Assembly (NCBI GenBank): GCA_963662945.1
Contig: OY759974.1
Location: forward strand, 1,728,001-1,792,000
Reading direction: 5' to 3'
Origin: Arcobacteraceae bacterium
GTDB taxonomy: Bacteria > Campylobacterota > Campylobacteria > Campylobacterales > Arcobacteraceae
Length of the DNA: 64,000 nt
Part shown: in pieces, positions 9,279 through 18,830 of the stretch
How positions within the stretch are numbered: the stretch's first letter is position 1
Layout of the letters: each line of letters starts with the position of its first letter
Translations under genes and position numbers: made by a program
Notes under the pieces: generated by a model
Told to the model about the DNA's origin: nothing
Seen by the model: only the letters and a program-made list of their open reading frames with translations
The model's database searches: none

Positions 9279-10405
9279 GTTTTATAAAAGCAATTATATT
9301 TTTTGCTTTAGGTATGCTACTTTTTACTGGGTGTGCCACAAAAATTGAACAAAAACCACATTTATCCAAAGCAAATCTCCAAGAGGTTTCTTGGGATGAT
9401 ATGGAAGGTTTTGAAAATGATAATTTAGACCTTTCTTTAGAAGTTTTTAAAAAAGCTTGTACAAAATCTCAAAGATATGATACGTTAAAAGATATTTGTA
9501 TTAAAGCTAATCAGCTTGATATTAGTAATCCAAAAAAATTTTTTACAGAATATTTTACACCTTATAAGTTATTAGATAATAATAATGACCAAGAAGGATT
9601 AATTACTGGCTATTATGAACCTATTTTAAATGGTAGTTTAGTGAAAAATAATACCTATAAATATCCTATATTTAAAACACCAAATGACCTTTTAACTGTA
9701 GATTTTAGTAGTTTATATCCTGAATTAAAAAACTATAAATTAAGAGGAAAGCTTATTGGAAATAGAGTTGTTCCGTATGATAGTAGAGAAGAAATAGAAT
9801 CAAAAAATGGTTTAGAACCTATATGTTATGTTGATGACAAAATTGATTTGTTTTTTTTACATATTCAAGGAAGTGGAAAAGTTAAACTTCAAGATGGAAC
9901 GATTATAAATGTTGGATATGCACAACAAAATGGGCGAGGATATTATCCAATAGGAAGAAAACTTATAGAAGAAGGTTTTATTGCACAAGAGGATATGTCT
10001 TTACAATCTATAAAAAAATGGCTTAAAGAAAATCCAAGCAAAATGGATGAGTTACTAAATCTTAATGAAAGTTATATCTTTTTTACGAAAAGTGATAAAA
10101 CAGCAACAGGAAGTTTAGGGGTTCCATTAGTTGCAAATAGAAATTTAGCTGTTGATAGAAGTTATATTCCTTTAGGATTTCCTGTATTTATAGATACAAC
10201 GAATCCTCTGGATGAAACACCAATTCAACAGCTTATGGTAGCAGCAGATACAGGTGGTGCAATTAAAGGAGAAATACGAGCAGATTTTTTCTTTGGTAAT
10301 GGTAAACAGGCAGAAAAACTAGCTGGTATAATGAAACAAAAGGGAAGTTTGTATATACTTATACCAAATAATATAAAAGATAAAGATGCAAACGATGAAG
10401 GATAA
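9275..10405 (+). CDS. mltA: Membrane-bound lytic murein transglycosylase A (lipoprotein)
   Basis: Lipobox FTGC; TGYYEP, FFLHIQGSG, DTGGAIKG..RADFFFG. Confidence 0.93.
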   Translation: MSFIKAIIFFALGMLLFTGCATKIEQKPHLSKANLQEVSWDDMEGFENDNLDLSLEVFKKACTKSQRYDTLKDICIKANQLDISNPKKFFTEYFTPYKLLDNNNDQEGLITGYYEPILNGSLVKNNTYKYPIFKTPNDLLTVDFSSLYPELKNYKLRGKLIGNRVVPYDSREEIESKNGLEPICYVDDKIDLFFLHIQGSGKVKLQDGTIINVGYAQQNGRGYYPIGRKLIEEGFIAQEDMSLQSIKKWLKENPSKMDELLNLNESYIFFTKSDKTATGSLGVPLVANRNLAVDRSYIPLGFPVFIDTTNPLDETPIQQLMVAADTGGAIKGEIRADFFFGNGKQAEKLAGIMKQKGSLYILIPNNIKDKDANDEG

Positions 10406-10408
10406 AGA

Positions 10409-11221
10409 GTGCATATAACAAATAAAATTTCTAATTTATTTCATAAATTTGCAACTTATGAATTTCCTAAAACAATACAAACGATTATTAATAACGGCTA
10501 TGTAAAGATACTTGGACTTGATATGAGAGAGTTTAATGACCCAAGTAGTTATAAAACTTTAAATAAACTTTTTACTAGAGAATTAAATACTCCAAGAGCT
10601 GTTGAACATAGTTTAGATAATTTTATAAGTCCAGCAGATAGTTTTGTAACACAATGTGGTGCAATAGAAAATGAAACTTCTTGTCAAATCAAAGGAATGA
10701 GTTATAGTGTAAGAGAATTACTTACGGATGAAGTTTTATATGATGATTTTGAAAAATTAAAAGATGGGGCTTACGCAAATTTTTATTTAAGTCCAAAAGA
10801 TTATCATAGATATCATGCTATTTATAATTGTCAAATTACTAAACTTATTCATGTACCAGGTAAATTATATCCTGTAAATTTTACCTATTTAAAAAAACAA
10901 GAGAATCTTTTTATTGAAAATGAAAGAGTTATTTTAGAGTGTAAAACAGATAATAATAAACTTTTTTATATGGTTTTTGTTGGTGCACTAAATGTGGGTA
11001 AGATGGTATTTACTTTTGAAGATAAAGTACATACTAATAGTGATATTATTTATCCTCAAGTGTATAAATATGAAGATTTACACGTAAAAAAAGGGGATTG
11101 TTTAGGATATTTCGAAATGGGCTCTACCGTGTTGGTATTCTGGGAAAAAGATATGGTTAAACTGGATAATATAATAAATACAAAAGTGAAATTTTCAGAT
11201 ATTATCGCAACAGTAAATTGA
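10409..11221 (+). CDS. psd: Phosphatidylserine decarboxylase proenzyme
   Basis: FISPAD, YLSPKDYHRYH, VGALNVG, FEMGSTV self-cleavage motif. Confidence 0.93.
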   Translation: MHITNKISNLFHKFATYEFPKTIQTIINNGYVKILGLDMREFNDPSSYKTLNKLFTRELNTPRAVEHSLDNFISPADSFVTQCGAIENETSCQIKGMSYSVRELLTDEVLYDDFEKLKDGAYANFYLSPKDYHRYHAIYNCQITKLIHVPGKLYPVNFTYLKKQENLFIENERVILECKTDNNKLFYMVFVGALNVGKMVFTFEDKVHTNSDIIYPQVYKYEDLHVKKGDCLGYFEMGSTVLVFWEKDMVKLDNIINTKVKFSDIIATVN

Positions 11222-11231
11222 AATAGATAAA

Positions 11232-12176
11232 ATGGCTAAAGTTGCGTATAGATTTAAAATAGCGATATTGCTAACTTTTTCGACTGTTTTATTTTCAAAA
11301 GAGTTAATTACTCCAATACCTTTGGAGATAGAATATAACAAAAATAAAGCAGCTTTAGGAAAAAAACTTTTTTTTGATACAAGACTTAGTAAAGATGATA
11401 GTGTAAGTTGTGCAAGTTGTCATATGCTAGAATCAGGTGGTGATGATAATTTACAATTTTCAGTTGGAATCAATGGACAAGTTGGTGGTATAAATGCGCC
11501 AACTGTTTATAATAGTGTTTTTAATATAGCACAGTTTTGGGATGGACGAGCAAAAAATCTACAAGAACAAGCGCACGGTCCAGTAGAAAATCCTATTGAG
11601 ATGGGCGAAAACTTTAAAAATGTAATAAACAAACTAGAAAAAGATACGCATTTAGTAAAAGAATTTAAGAGAATATATAAAGAAGGTATAACAGCCAACA
11701 GTATAACCGATGCAATTGCACATTTTGAAACTACTTTAATTACACCAAATTCTTCTTTTGATAAATACCTTAGAGGGGATGAAAATGCACTTGGAAAAGA
11801 GGAAAAAGAGGGTTACAAACTTTTTGTAGAGTATGGCTGCATTTCATGTCATAATGGTGTAAATATTGGAGGAAATCTTTTTCAAAAAATTGGATTGATT
11901 AAAGAATTTGATACTTCTGTCAAATCATTGGGTAAATTTGATGTTACTGGGAACAAAGCTGATATAAACTATTTTAAAGTACCAACCCTAAGAAATATCT
12001 CTAAAACAGCGCCATATTTTCATGATGGTTCTGTTTCTGATTTAAAGACGGCTGTTGAAGTTATGTTAAATATTCAATTGGGAATTGTTACTTCTTCTGA
12101 GGATGTGAAGAAAATAGTAAAATTTTTAGAAACTTTGGACGGTGAATTTCCTACAATGGAACAGGGTAATAACTAG
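11232..12176 (+). CDS. Di-haem cytochrome c peroxidase family protein
   Basis: Signal peptide; CASCH and CISCH; QFWDGRA; NPIEM; KVPTLRN; PYFHDG. Confidence 0.92.
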   Translation: MAKVAYRFKIAILLTFSTVLFSKELITPIPLEIEYNKNKAALGKKLFFDTRLSKDDSVSCASCHMLESGGDDNLQFSVGINGQVGGINAPTVYNSVFNIAQFWDGRAKNLQEQAHGPVENPIEMGENFKNVINKLEKDTHLVKEFKRIYKEGITANSITDAIAHFETTLITPNSSFDKYLRGDENALGKEEKEGYKLFVEYGCISCHNGVNIGGNLFQKIGLIKEFDTSVKSLGKFDVTGNKADINYFKVPTLRNISKTAPYFHDGSVSDLKTAVEVMLNIQLGIVTSSEDVKKIVKFLETLDGEFPTMEQGNN

Positions 12177-12177
12177 T

Positions 12178-14040
12178 ATGAAAAAACCAATTATATTTGC
12201 AACTCTTTTTTTAATCGGATTATTAGTTTTAGCATATAATAAATATGATACGAAAGAGAAAATAACGAATTATTTTTATATTAGTGAGAAACTTGAAAAA
12301 ATTTATACTCTCAATAATAATTTAGATCTTTTTAAAAGAAATATTTTAAACTACAATAATTATGATCATATTGAAAAAGATATAAAAGATATAGAAGAAA
12401 ACTTTGTATTTATTGCCTCAAATAAGTCCATAACAAATACCTCTTTTAAATTAAATCTAGAAAAATTACAACAAGATTTTGCAAAAAAAATCTTTATAAT
12501 TCAAAAAATAAAATCTTATAATGCTATTTTAAATAATTCTTTTCGATATATTCAAAAATTAAAATATAAAATTCAGTCAAGAAAATTGATAGAGTTATAC
12601 TTTACAGTTTCTACTTTGGATAAAACTACAAATATAGATTATAATAAATATTTGAAGGAGATAGAAACACTTCAAGTGGTCAATAGTTCTGAAAAACTAT
12701 TTTTAGCTCATACTAAAATTTTATTAAATTATTTTCAAAGTACAACAGAGATATTAGAAGAGGAAAATAATTTACAAATATTAGAAAAATTAAATAATTT
12801 AATATTGGAATATGATACTTTATCTCATAACAATATAAATAAAGCACATATGTTGGTTGCTATATTATTTATCCTTTTGATCCTTTCTATATTTTTATAT
12901 TTGTATGATGCATATAAAATACATGTAAAGCAAAAAGATTTACGAAAATTTAGAAGTACTATTGAAAATAGTGATAATATCATTATTATAACTGATCAAT
13001 ATGAAAATATAAAGTTTGTAAATAAAGCATTTACACAAAATTATGGTTACACAATCAAAGATGTAAAAGGAAAAAAACCTTCGATATTAAAATCTGGTGA
13101 ACATGATGAACAATTTTATAAAGAACTTCACGATACTATTCATAGTGGTAAAAAGTGGATAGGAACATTTATTAATCTCAATAAATCAGGGCAAAAACAA
13201 TATGAAAAAGCTTCGATAACTCCTATACTTGACACTAATGGAGAGATTGAAGAGTTTGTTGCTATTAAACTTAATATTACAAAAGAGATAGAAACTCAGC
13301 AAGCTTTACGAGAAAGTGAACAGATTATGATGCAACAGTCAAAAATGGCAAGTATGGGTGAAATGCTTTCCAATATTGCTCATCAATGGAGACAACCTTT
13401 ATCTATAATTTCAACAGTGGCAAGTGGTGTTAAAATGAAAAAACAATTTGCCACTATAGGAGATGATGAATTAATAAAATATATGGATGATATTGGTAAT
13501 TCTGTTGAGTTTTTATCAAAAACTATAGATGATTTTAGTGATTTTTTTAAACCAGATAAACAAAAAGTAAAATTTACAGCTTCTAGTGTAGTAGATAGAA
13601 GTGTAAAAATTTTAGATGCAACATTAAAAAACAATGATATTGAAGTGATAAAAAAAGTTCAAGACATTGAGTTGAATCAACTTGATGGGGAGCTTATGCA
13701 GGTTTTAATAAATATTTTAAATAACGCAAAAGATATTTTAAAAGAGAATAAAGTTGACCATAAAAAAATATTAATAAAAGTTTCACAAAAGAATAATCGA
13801 GCAATTTTTATTATTCATGATAATGGAGGCGGTGTTCCTGCGAATATTATTGATCATATTTTTGAACCATACTTTACAACAAAACATAAATCACAAGGTA
13901 CAGGAATTGGTTTATATATGTCTCATCAAATTATCACAAAACATATGAATGGATTTATTAGTGTTGAAAATGCACCAATTACTTATGAAGATGTGGAGTA
14001 TTTTGGTGCAAAATTTATAGTTGATATTCCTATTGTGTAA
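12178..14040 (+). CDS. Sensor histidine kinase, DAHL-like periplasmic domain + PAS + HK
   Basis: Start reassigned to ATG 12178; NNYD, KSYNAILNNSFRY, FLAHTKILL (DAHL-like); PAS; SNIAHQWRQPL; GTGIGLY. Confidence 0.85.
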   Translation: MKKPIIFATLFLIGLLVLAYNKYDTKEKITNYFYISEKLEKIYTLNNNLDLFKRNILNYNNYDHIEKDIKDIEENFVFIASNKSITNTSFKLNLEKLQQDFAKKIFIIQKIKSYNAILNNSFRYIQKLKYKIQSRKLIELYFTVSTLDKTTNIDYNKYLKEIETLQVVNSSEKLFLAHTKILLNYFQSTTEILEEENNLQILEKLNNLILEYDTLSHNNINKAHMLVAILFILLILSIFLYLYDAYKIHVKQKDLRKFRSTIENSDNIIIITDQYENIKFVNKAFTQNYGYTIKDVKGKKPSILKSGEHDEQFYKELHDTIHSGKKWIGTFINLNKSGQKQYEKASITPILDTNGEIEEFVAIKLNITKEIETQQALRESEQIMMQQSKMASMGEMLSNIAHQWRQPLSIISTVASGVKMKKQFATIGDDELIKYMDDIGNSVEFLSKTIDDFSDFFKPDKQKVKFTASSVVDRSVKILDATLKNNDIEVIKKVQDIELNQLDGELMQVLINILNNAKDILKENKVDHKKILIKVSQKNNRAIFIIHDNGGGVPANIIDHIFEPYFTTKHKSQGTGIGLYMSHQIITKHMNGFISVENAPITYEDVEYFGAKFIVDIPIV

Positions 14041-14877
14041 CTATATTATTTTTTGATGCAGTATTGAACAGTTTGGCAATTCTTTTTTTTCTGAATTTGT
14101 AGCATTTTCTAAAATATTTTCAAAACTATATTTTGAATTGTCGTAAATATAGACAAAAATCTCATCACCGATTTCTAAAAAGGTGTTTTCCCCAAATTCT
14201 GTATAACTTGTAGCACCAATACTTATAACCATGCCTTGCGGATAATTAGATTGTTGTATATAAGTATGTAAATCTTCTAATGGATCAGAATCTTTTTGAT
14301 TGTTGAGTTTTTCTATAATCCAATTTTTTAATTGAGTGTGAAAATAGTTGTAAGTTTTTACAGGACTATCTTCGCCATAAGGATAAACAATACCATCTCT
14401 TTTTAAAAAAGAGGCAATATTATAATTATCCATAATACCCCCTTCTTCAAATGTATCTATAGGGATAATTTGTGAAGAGATACCTTTTGTTTCTTCTCCC
14501 CAATTCTTTTTCTCACTTATTTTTTTTGCTCCTTCTTTTCTGATACTACAATCATTATAAGCAGTAAAAAAGTTTGGAATAATATCTTTCACTTTTTTAT
14601 TTTCATAAATAACTTCGCAAATAAGTGCTACTTCTGGTTCCATTTGAAGATTTCCCTCTTTAGTTCGAGGATGTCTAATATTTTGACTAGAAAGTGGATA
14701 TATTCCTAAAAATGTTTCACTGCTTGGAAGATAAAAAGGAAATATTCCTTTAGGAGCTTTTTCATCATCGACTTGTACATTTACAAAATCACTCGCTTCT
14801 CCAGCTTGTTCTAAATGGTGTGCAAAATTCCCTGCAACTCCAAAACCTATAAATTTTTTTAAATGTTCTTTACTCAT
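14041..14877 (-). CDS. DUF5718-like protein (probable fumarylacetoacetate-hydrolase-like fold)
   Basis: GFGVAGNFAHHLEQAGE, PKGIFPFY, EPEVAL, YNDCSIR, SEKKNWG. Confidence 0.7.
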   Translation of the reverse strand: MSKEHLKKFIGFGVAGNFAHHLEQAGEASDFVNVQVDDEKAPKGIFPFYLPSSETFLGIYPLSSQNIRHPRTKEGNLQMEPEVALICEVIYENKKVKDIIPNFFTAYNDCSIRKEGAKKISEKKNWGEETKGISSQIIPIDTFEEGGIMDNYNIASFLKRDGIVYPYGEDSPVKTYNYFHTQLKNWIIEKLNNQKDSDPLEDLHTYIQQSNYPQGMVISIGATSYTEFGENTFLEIGDEIFVYIYDNSKYSFENILENATNSEKKELPNCSILHQKII

Positions 14878-14972
14878 ATTGCTCTTTTCTTAACGGATAT
14901 TAAAAATAATTTTTTGATTGTAACATAATTTTTTTTATGCTAGTATATTAGAAACAAAAATAAGGATAAATT

Positions 14973-15188
14973 ATGTCAACAACAACACCAATAGAAACAA
15001 TTGATTTAAGTGGAACAAAAGAGGGTATTATAAGTATAGTGAATATTACAGAACCTTATGGTGCTGGAACTGATACCGTTACAAGTATTGGAATTGCATT
15101 AGTTGGTGATGATGTAGAGTGGAAAGTACATATTCCTCAAGAAAACTTAGATGCAGTTATTGAGGCTCTTAAAAAAGCAAAACTGTAA
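14973..15188 (+). CDS. Small hypothetical protein (71 aa)
   Basis: AAGGA RBS, fills intergenic gap, protein-like composition. Confidence 0.75.
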   Translation: MSTTTPIETIDLSGTKEGIISIVNITEPYGAGTDTVTSIGIALVGDDVEWKVHIPQENLDAVIEALKKAKL

Positions 15189-15196
15189 AATAATAT

Positions 15197-16171
15197 ATGG
15201 CATATAAAAAAGTAAAGCTTAATCATATTTCTAGAAAAGCTCTAGAAGTTGGTCATGTGTATAAATATCCCGTATTTTACAGGGAAACAGATAATATTTA
15301 TAAAGTTTTAATTGAAAAAGATTCAAGTTTTGTGCAAGAGACACAAGATAAAATAGATGCATTACAGTTAAAAGATTTATATGTTCTAACACAAGACCAT
15401 CCTTTATATGAGAGAGATACACAAGAGTATATTGGTAAAATTTTGGATGATAAGTCTGTTTCAAGTAAAGTAAAATCTGAAATTATACATGATATGGCGT
15501 CAGATACAATTAATGAATTGTTTTCTGGAGAAGTGAGTAAGTCAAAAATTGATAGAGCTGCTGATTTAGTAAATAATACTATACAGTTAATACTTAATGA
15601 TGACTCAGCTGCAAAAGCTATGTTAGGTGTAACTTCTTATGATTATTATACCTATACTCATTGTGTCAATGTATCGATTTATGCATTAGGTTTTGGAGCA
15701 TATTTAAAGCTAGATAAACAGAAATTAAATATTCTAGGGAGAGCTGGTATATTACATGATTTAGGGAAGAAAAATATTCCTAATGATATAGTCAATAAAA
15801 ATGGAAGATTGACTGATGAAGAATTTACTACTATGAAAAACCATCCATCTTATGCTGTAGATATTTTAAAAGAATTAGGAGAAAATGATTCTCTCATTTT
15901 AGATGCAATAGAACAACATCATGAAAAACTAGATGGTTCTGGATATCCAAAAGGATTAAAATCTGATGAGATACATATTTTATCTCAAATCATTGCAATT
16001 GCAGATATTTTTGATGCTCTGACAACAAAACGTTCTTATAAAAATGCTTTAACAACTTATGAGGCACTTTCCATTATGAAAAATGAAATGTCTGATGAGT
16101 TAAATAAAAATTTGTTATCAGAGTTTATGATATTTATGGGTGATAGAGTAGATAGACACAAAACAAATTAA
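15197..16171 (+). CDS. HD-GYP c-di-GMP phosphodiesterase family protein
   Basis: YTYTHCVNV, LHDLGK, HHEKLDGSGYP, IADIFDAL. Confidence 0.92.
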   Translation: MAYKKVKLNHISRKALEVGHVYKYPVFYRETDNIYKVLIEKDSSFVQETQDKIDALQLKDLYVLTQDHPLYERDTQEYIGKILDDKSVSSKVKSEIIHDMASDTINELFSGEVSKSKIDRAADLVNNTIQLILNDDSAAKAMLGVTSYDYYTYTHCVNVSIYALGFGAYLKLDKQKLNILGRAGILHDLGKKNIPNDIVNKNGRLTDEEFTTMKNHPSYAVDILKELGENDSLILDAIEQHHEKLDGSGYPKGLKSDEIHILSQIIAIADIFDALTTKRSYKNALTTYEALSIMKNEMSDELNKNLLSEFMIFMGDRVDRHKTN

Positions 16172-16244
16172 ATACAAGAGTATTCATATTACATTAATCT
16201 TAATATGATAGTATTATAACTTAAAATTAACACAAAGGTGGTAG

Positions 16245-17924
16245 ATGAAAAATATATTATTAGTATTGGTTTTCATGGCTTCTTTATTTGCTGGAGATGG
16301 TTTTTTAGAACCAGATAAAGCTTTTCAAACAACAATCACGAAAAATGATAATGGAGTTGAGTTTAAAATAGTTTTAGATAAAACAATTTATTTGTATGAT
16401 GAGTTCTTAAAAGTCTCAATTAAAGAACCAAAACAAATAGATATTACAAAAGAACTTAATATTGCTAAGCCTGTTGAATATGATGGGTTCCAAGTACATT
16501 TTCATGAAGTTGTTATCAATGTACCGCAAAGTTTAATAGATGCAAAAATAGGTGCTGGAAATAATTATACTTTAGAGTTGGGATACCAAGGGTGTTCAAA
16601 AGAGGGATTATGTTACTCACCTATGTCAAAAGAATATAAATCAGATATAAAAACAGTAGCACCTGCTGAAACAACTGTGACTAAAGATGTCAAGGCTGAA
16701 ACTAAACCTGTAAATGAAACTGATGCTATTGCACAAACTTTAAAAGATGGTAGTATTCTTTTAGTGTTAGCTACATTTTTTGGGTTTGGACTTTTACTTG
16801 CAATGACACCTTGTATTTTCCCTATGATACCTATTTTATCTGGTATTATTGTAAAACAATCAAATAAAGAGGGTGGAAGTATGTCAGCAGGTCGTGGTTT
16901 CTTCCTTTCTTTAGTTTATGTATTATCTATGGCTGCTGCATATACTATAGCAGGAGTTCTAGCTGGAGTATTTGGTGCAAATATTCAAGCTATGTTACAA
17001 AATCCATTTGTAATAATTGCTTTTGTTGGTATTTTTATAGCACTTGCTTTTTCTATGTTTGGATATTATGAGATTGGACTTCCAGCTTCATGGCAATCTA
17101 AATTAAATAAAACAAGTGATGAAAGTAGTAAAAAAGGTGGATTATTAGGTATTGCTATTATGGGATTTATCTCAGCACTTATAGTTGGACCTTGTGTTGC
17201 ACCACCTTTGGCTGGGGCTTTAGTATATATTGGGCAAACTGGTGATGCAGTTCTTGGTGGACTTGCTTTATTTGTGATGAGTTTAGGTATGGGTATGCCA
17301 CTTCTTGCCATTGGAATAGGTGCTGGAAAATATATGCCAAAGCCAGGTGGATGGATGACAACTGTATCAAAAGTGTTTGGTGTAGTTATGTTAGCTGTGG
17401 CTATTTGGATGCTTGATAGAATCGTTCCATTTATAGTTACAACTGTACTTATAATGATACTTGCAATGGGAAGTGCATTTTATTTAATTAAAAATGGAAA
17501 TAAATTTGGGAAAATAGTTGCTATTATTTTGATGGTAGCTTCATCAATGTTCTTAATGCAAACAATGACAGCAAAAGAGGATAAACTGCATTATACTTAT
17601 GTGAAAACAGTTGCTGAGTTTGATAAAGTTGTAGCACATTCTACAAAGCCAGTTATGATAGATTTTTGGGCGACTTGGTGTGTAAGTTGTAAAGAACTTG
17701 ATAATCTTACTTTTAAAGATCCAAAAGTGCGAGAAGAGTTAAAAAAATATTTACTTGTAAAAGTTGATGTAACTAAAAATACTAGTGATGATAAAGAATT
17801 GATGAAAAAGTTCAACCTTTTTGGACCACCTGCATTGATTTTTTATAATAATGGTGTAGAAGATAAAAATAAAAGAATCATTGGTTTTAAAAATGCTGAA
17901 GATTTCTTAAAAATAGTAAAATAG
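16245..17924 (+). CDS. dsbD: Thiol:disulfide interchange protein DsbD
   Basis: GCSKEGLCYSP, TPCIFP, GPCVAPP, C-terminal thioredoxin WCVSC. Confidence 0.95.
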   Translation: MKNILLVLVFMASLFAGDGFLEPDKAFQTTITKNDNGVEFKIVLDKTIYLYDEFLKVSIKEPKQIDITKELNIAKPVEYDGFQVHFHEVVINVPQSLIDAKIGAGNNYTLELGYQGCSKEGLCYSPMSKEYKSDIKTVAPAETTVTKDVKAETKPVNETDAIAQTLKDGSILLVLATFFGFGLLLAMTPCIFPMIPILSGIIVKQSNKEGGSMSAGRGFFLSLVYVLSMAAAYTIAGVLAGVFGANIQAMLQNPFVIIAFVGIFIALAFSMFGYYEIGLPASWQSKLNKTSDESSKKGGLLGIAIMGFISALIVGPCVAPPLAGALVYIGQTGDAVLGGLALFVMSLGMGMPLLAIGIGAGKYMPKPGGWMTTVSKVFGVVMLAVAIWMLDRIVPFIVTTVLIMILAMGSAFYLIKNGNKFGKIVAIILMVASSMFLMQTMTAKEDKLHYTYVKTVAEFDKVVAHSTKPVMIDFWATWCVSCKELDNLTFKDPKVREELKKYLLVKVDVTKNTSDDKELMKKFNLFGPPALIFYNNGVEDKNKRIIGFKNAEDFLKIVK

Positions 17925-17930
17925 GTTAGA

Positions 17931-18434
17931 ATGGATTTAGTTGCTTATATTGATAGAGGGGGTATAATAGTATATATCTTAATAGTTATGAATATTATTG
18001 GATTTACTATTATGCTTTGGAAGGCATTTGTTTTTTTTATTGCAAATATGAACATAAATCAAATTGCCAGTGATATAATTTCAAGTTTACGTTTTACCAA
18101 AGAGTATGAAATAGCACAAGTGCAAGCAACTGTTGCACTTCGTGTTAAGAAACTAGAAACAGGGCTTAATACTGTCAAACTTATAGCATCAATTTCTCCA
18201 CTTATTGGACTTTTGGGGACTGTAATAGGAATATTAAACTCTTTTGATAGTATAAGTCATCTAGGACTTGGTGATCCAACTGTATTTTCTAGTGGGATTA
18301 GTATTGCCCTTATCACAACTGTAGCTGGACTTCTTGTGGCTATTCCACATTATATAGGGTATAACTATTTTATTGGAAGTTTAGATAGTATGGAGATTAA
18401 ACTAGAAAAAATAATTCTTGATAAGATAGACTAA
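17931..18434 (+). CDS. exbB: MotA/TolQ/ExbB proton channel protein
   Basis: SPLIGLLGTV, GISIALITTVAGL. Confidence 0.88.
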   Translation: MDLVAYIDRGGIIVYILIVMNIIGFTIMLWKAFVFFIANMNINQIASDIISSLRFTKEYEIAQVQATVALRVKKLETGLNTVKLIASISPLIGLLGTVIGILNSFDSISHLGLGDPTVFSSGISIALITTVAGLLVAIPHYIGYNYFIGSLDSMEIKLEKIILDKID

Positions 18435-18440
18435 GATAGT

Positions 18441-18830
18441 ATGCGACATAAAAAAAGAGAAATCCTTACTCCTGATTTAACTCCCCTTATTGATATTGTT
18501 TTTATTTTATTAATATTTTTTATTGTAAGTTCAGTATTTAAAAAAGAGGAATTGGCGCTTAATTTATCCCTTCCTAGTTCAAATGGAAAAGAGTTAGAAG
18601 TAGAGATAAAACAGTTAAATATAGAACTGTCTCCCACTTCTTTAGCGTATTTAGGGAAACAGATTGATTTTGCACAATTAGATATTCAACTAGCAAATAT
18701 TACAAAAAAAGATTTACCTGTTATTTTACGAATAGATAAAGATGTAAAATATGACAGGCTTATTAAAGTTTTAGATGCTCTTCAAAAATACTCTTTAAAT
18801 AATTTGGCTTTAGTGACACAAGAGAATTAA
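18441..18830 (+). CDS. exbD: ExbD/TolR family protein
   Basis: DLTPLIDIVFILLIFF, LP, RIDKDV. Confidence 0.9.
   Translation: MRHKKREILTPDLTPLIDIVFILLIFFIVSSVFKKEELALNLSLPSSNGKELEVEIKQLNIELSPTSLAYLGKQIDFAQLDIQLANITKKDLPVILRIDKDVKYDRLIKVLDALQKYSLNNLALVTQEN

Noticed and set aside
12142-12177. Possible CCP-kinase fusion or frameshift
   Set aside because: The CCP has a normal C-terminus and stop, and the kinase has its own ATG and N-terminal TM; two coupled genes is the simpler reading.
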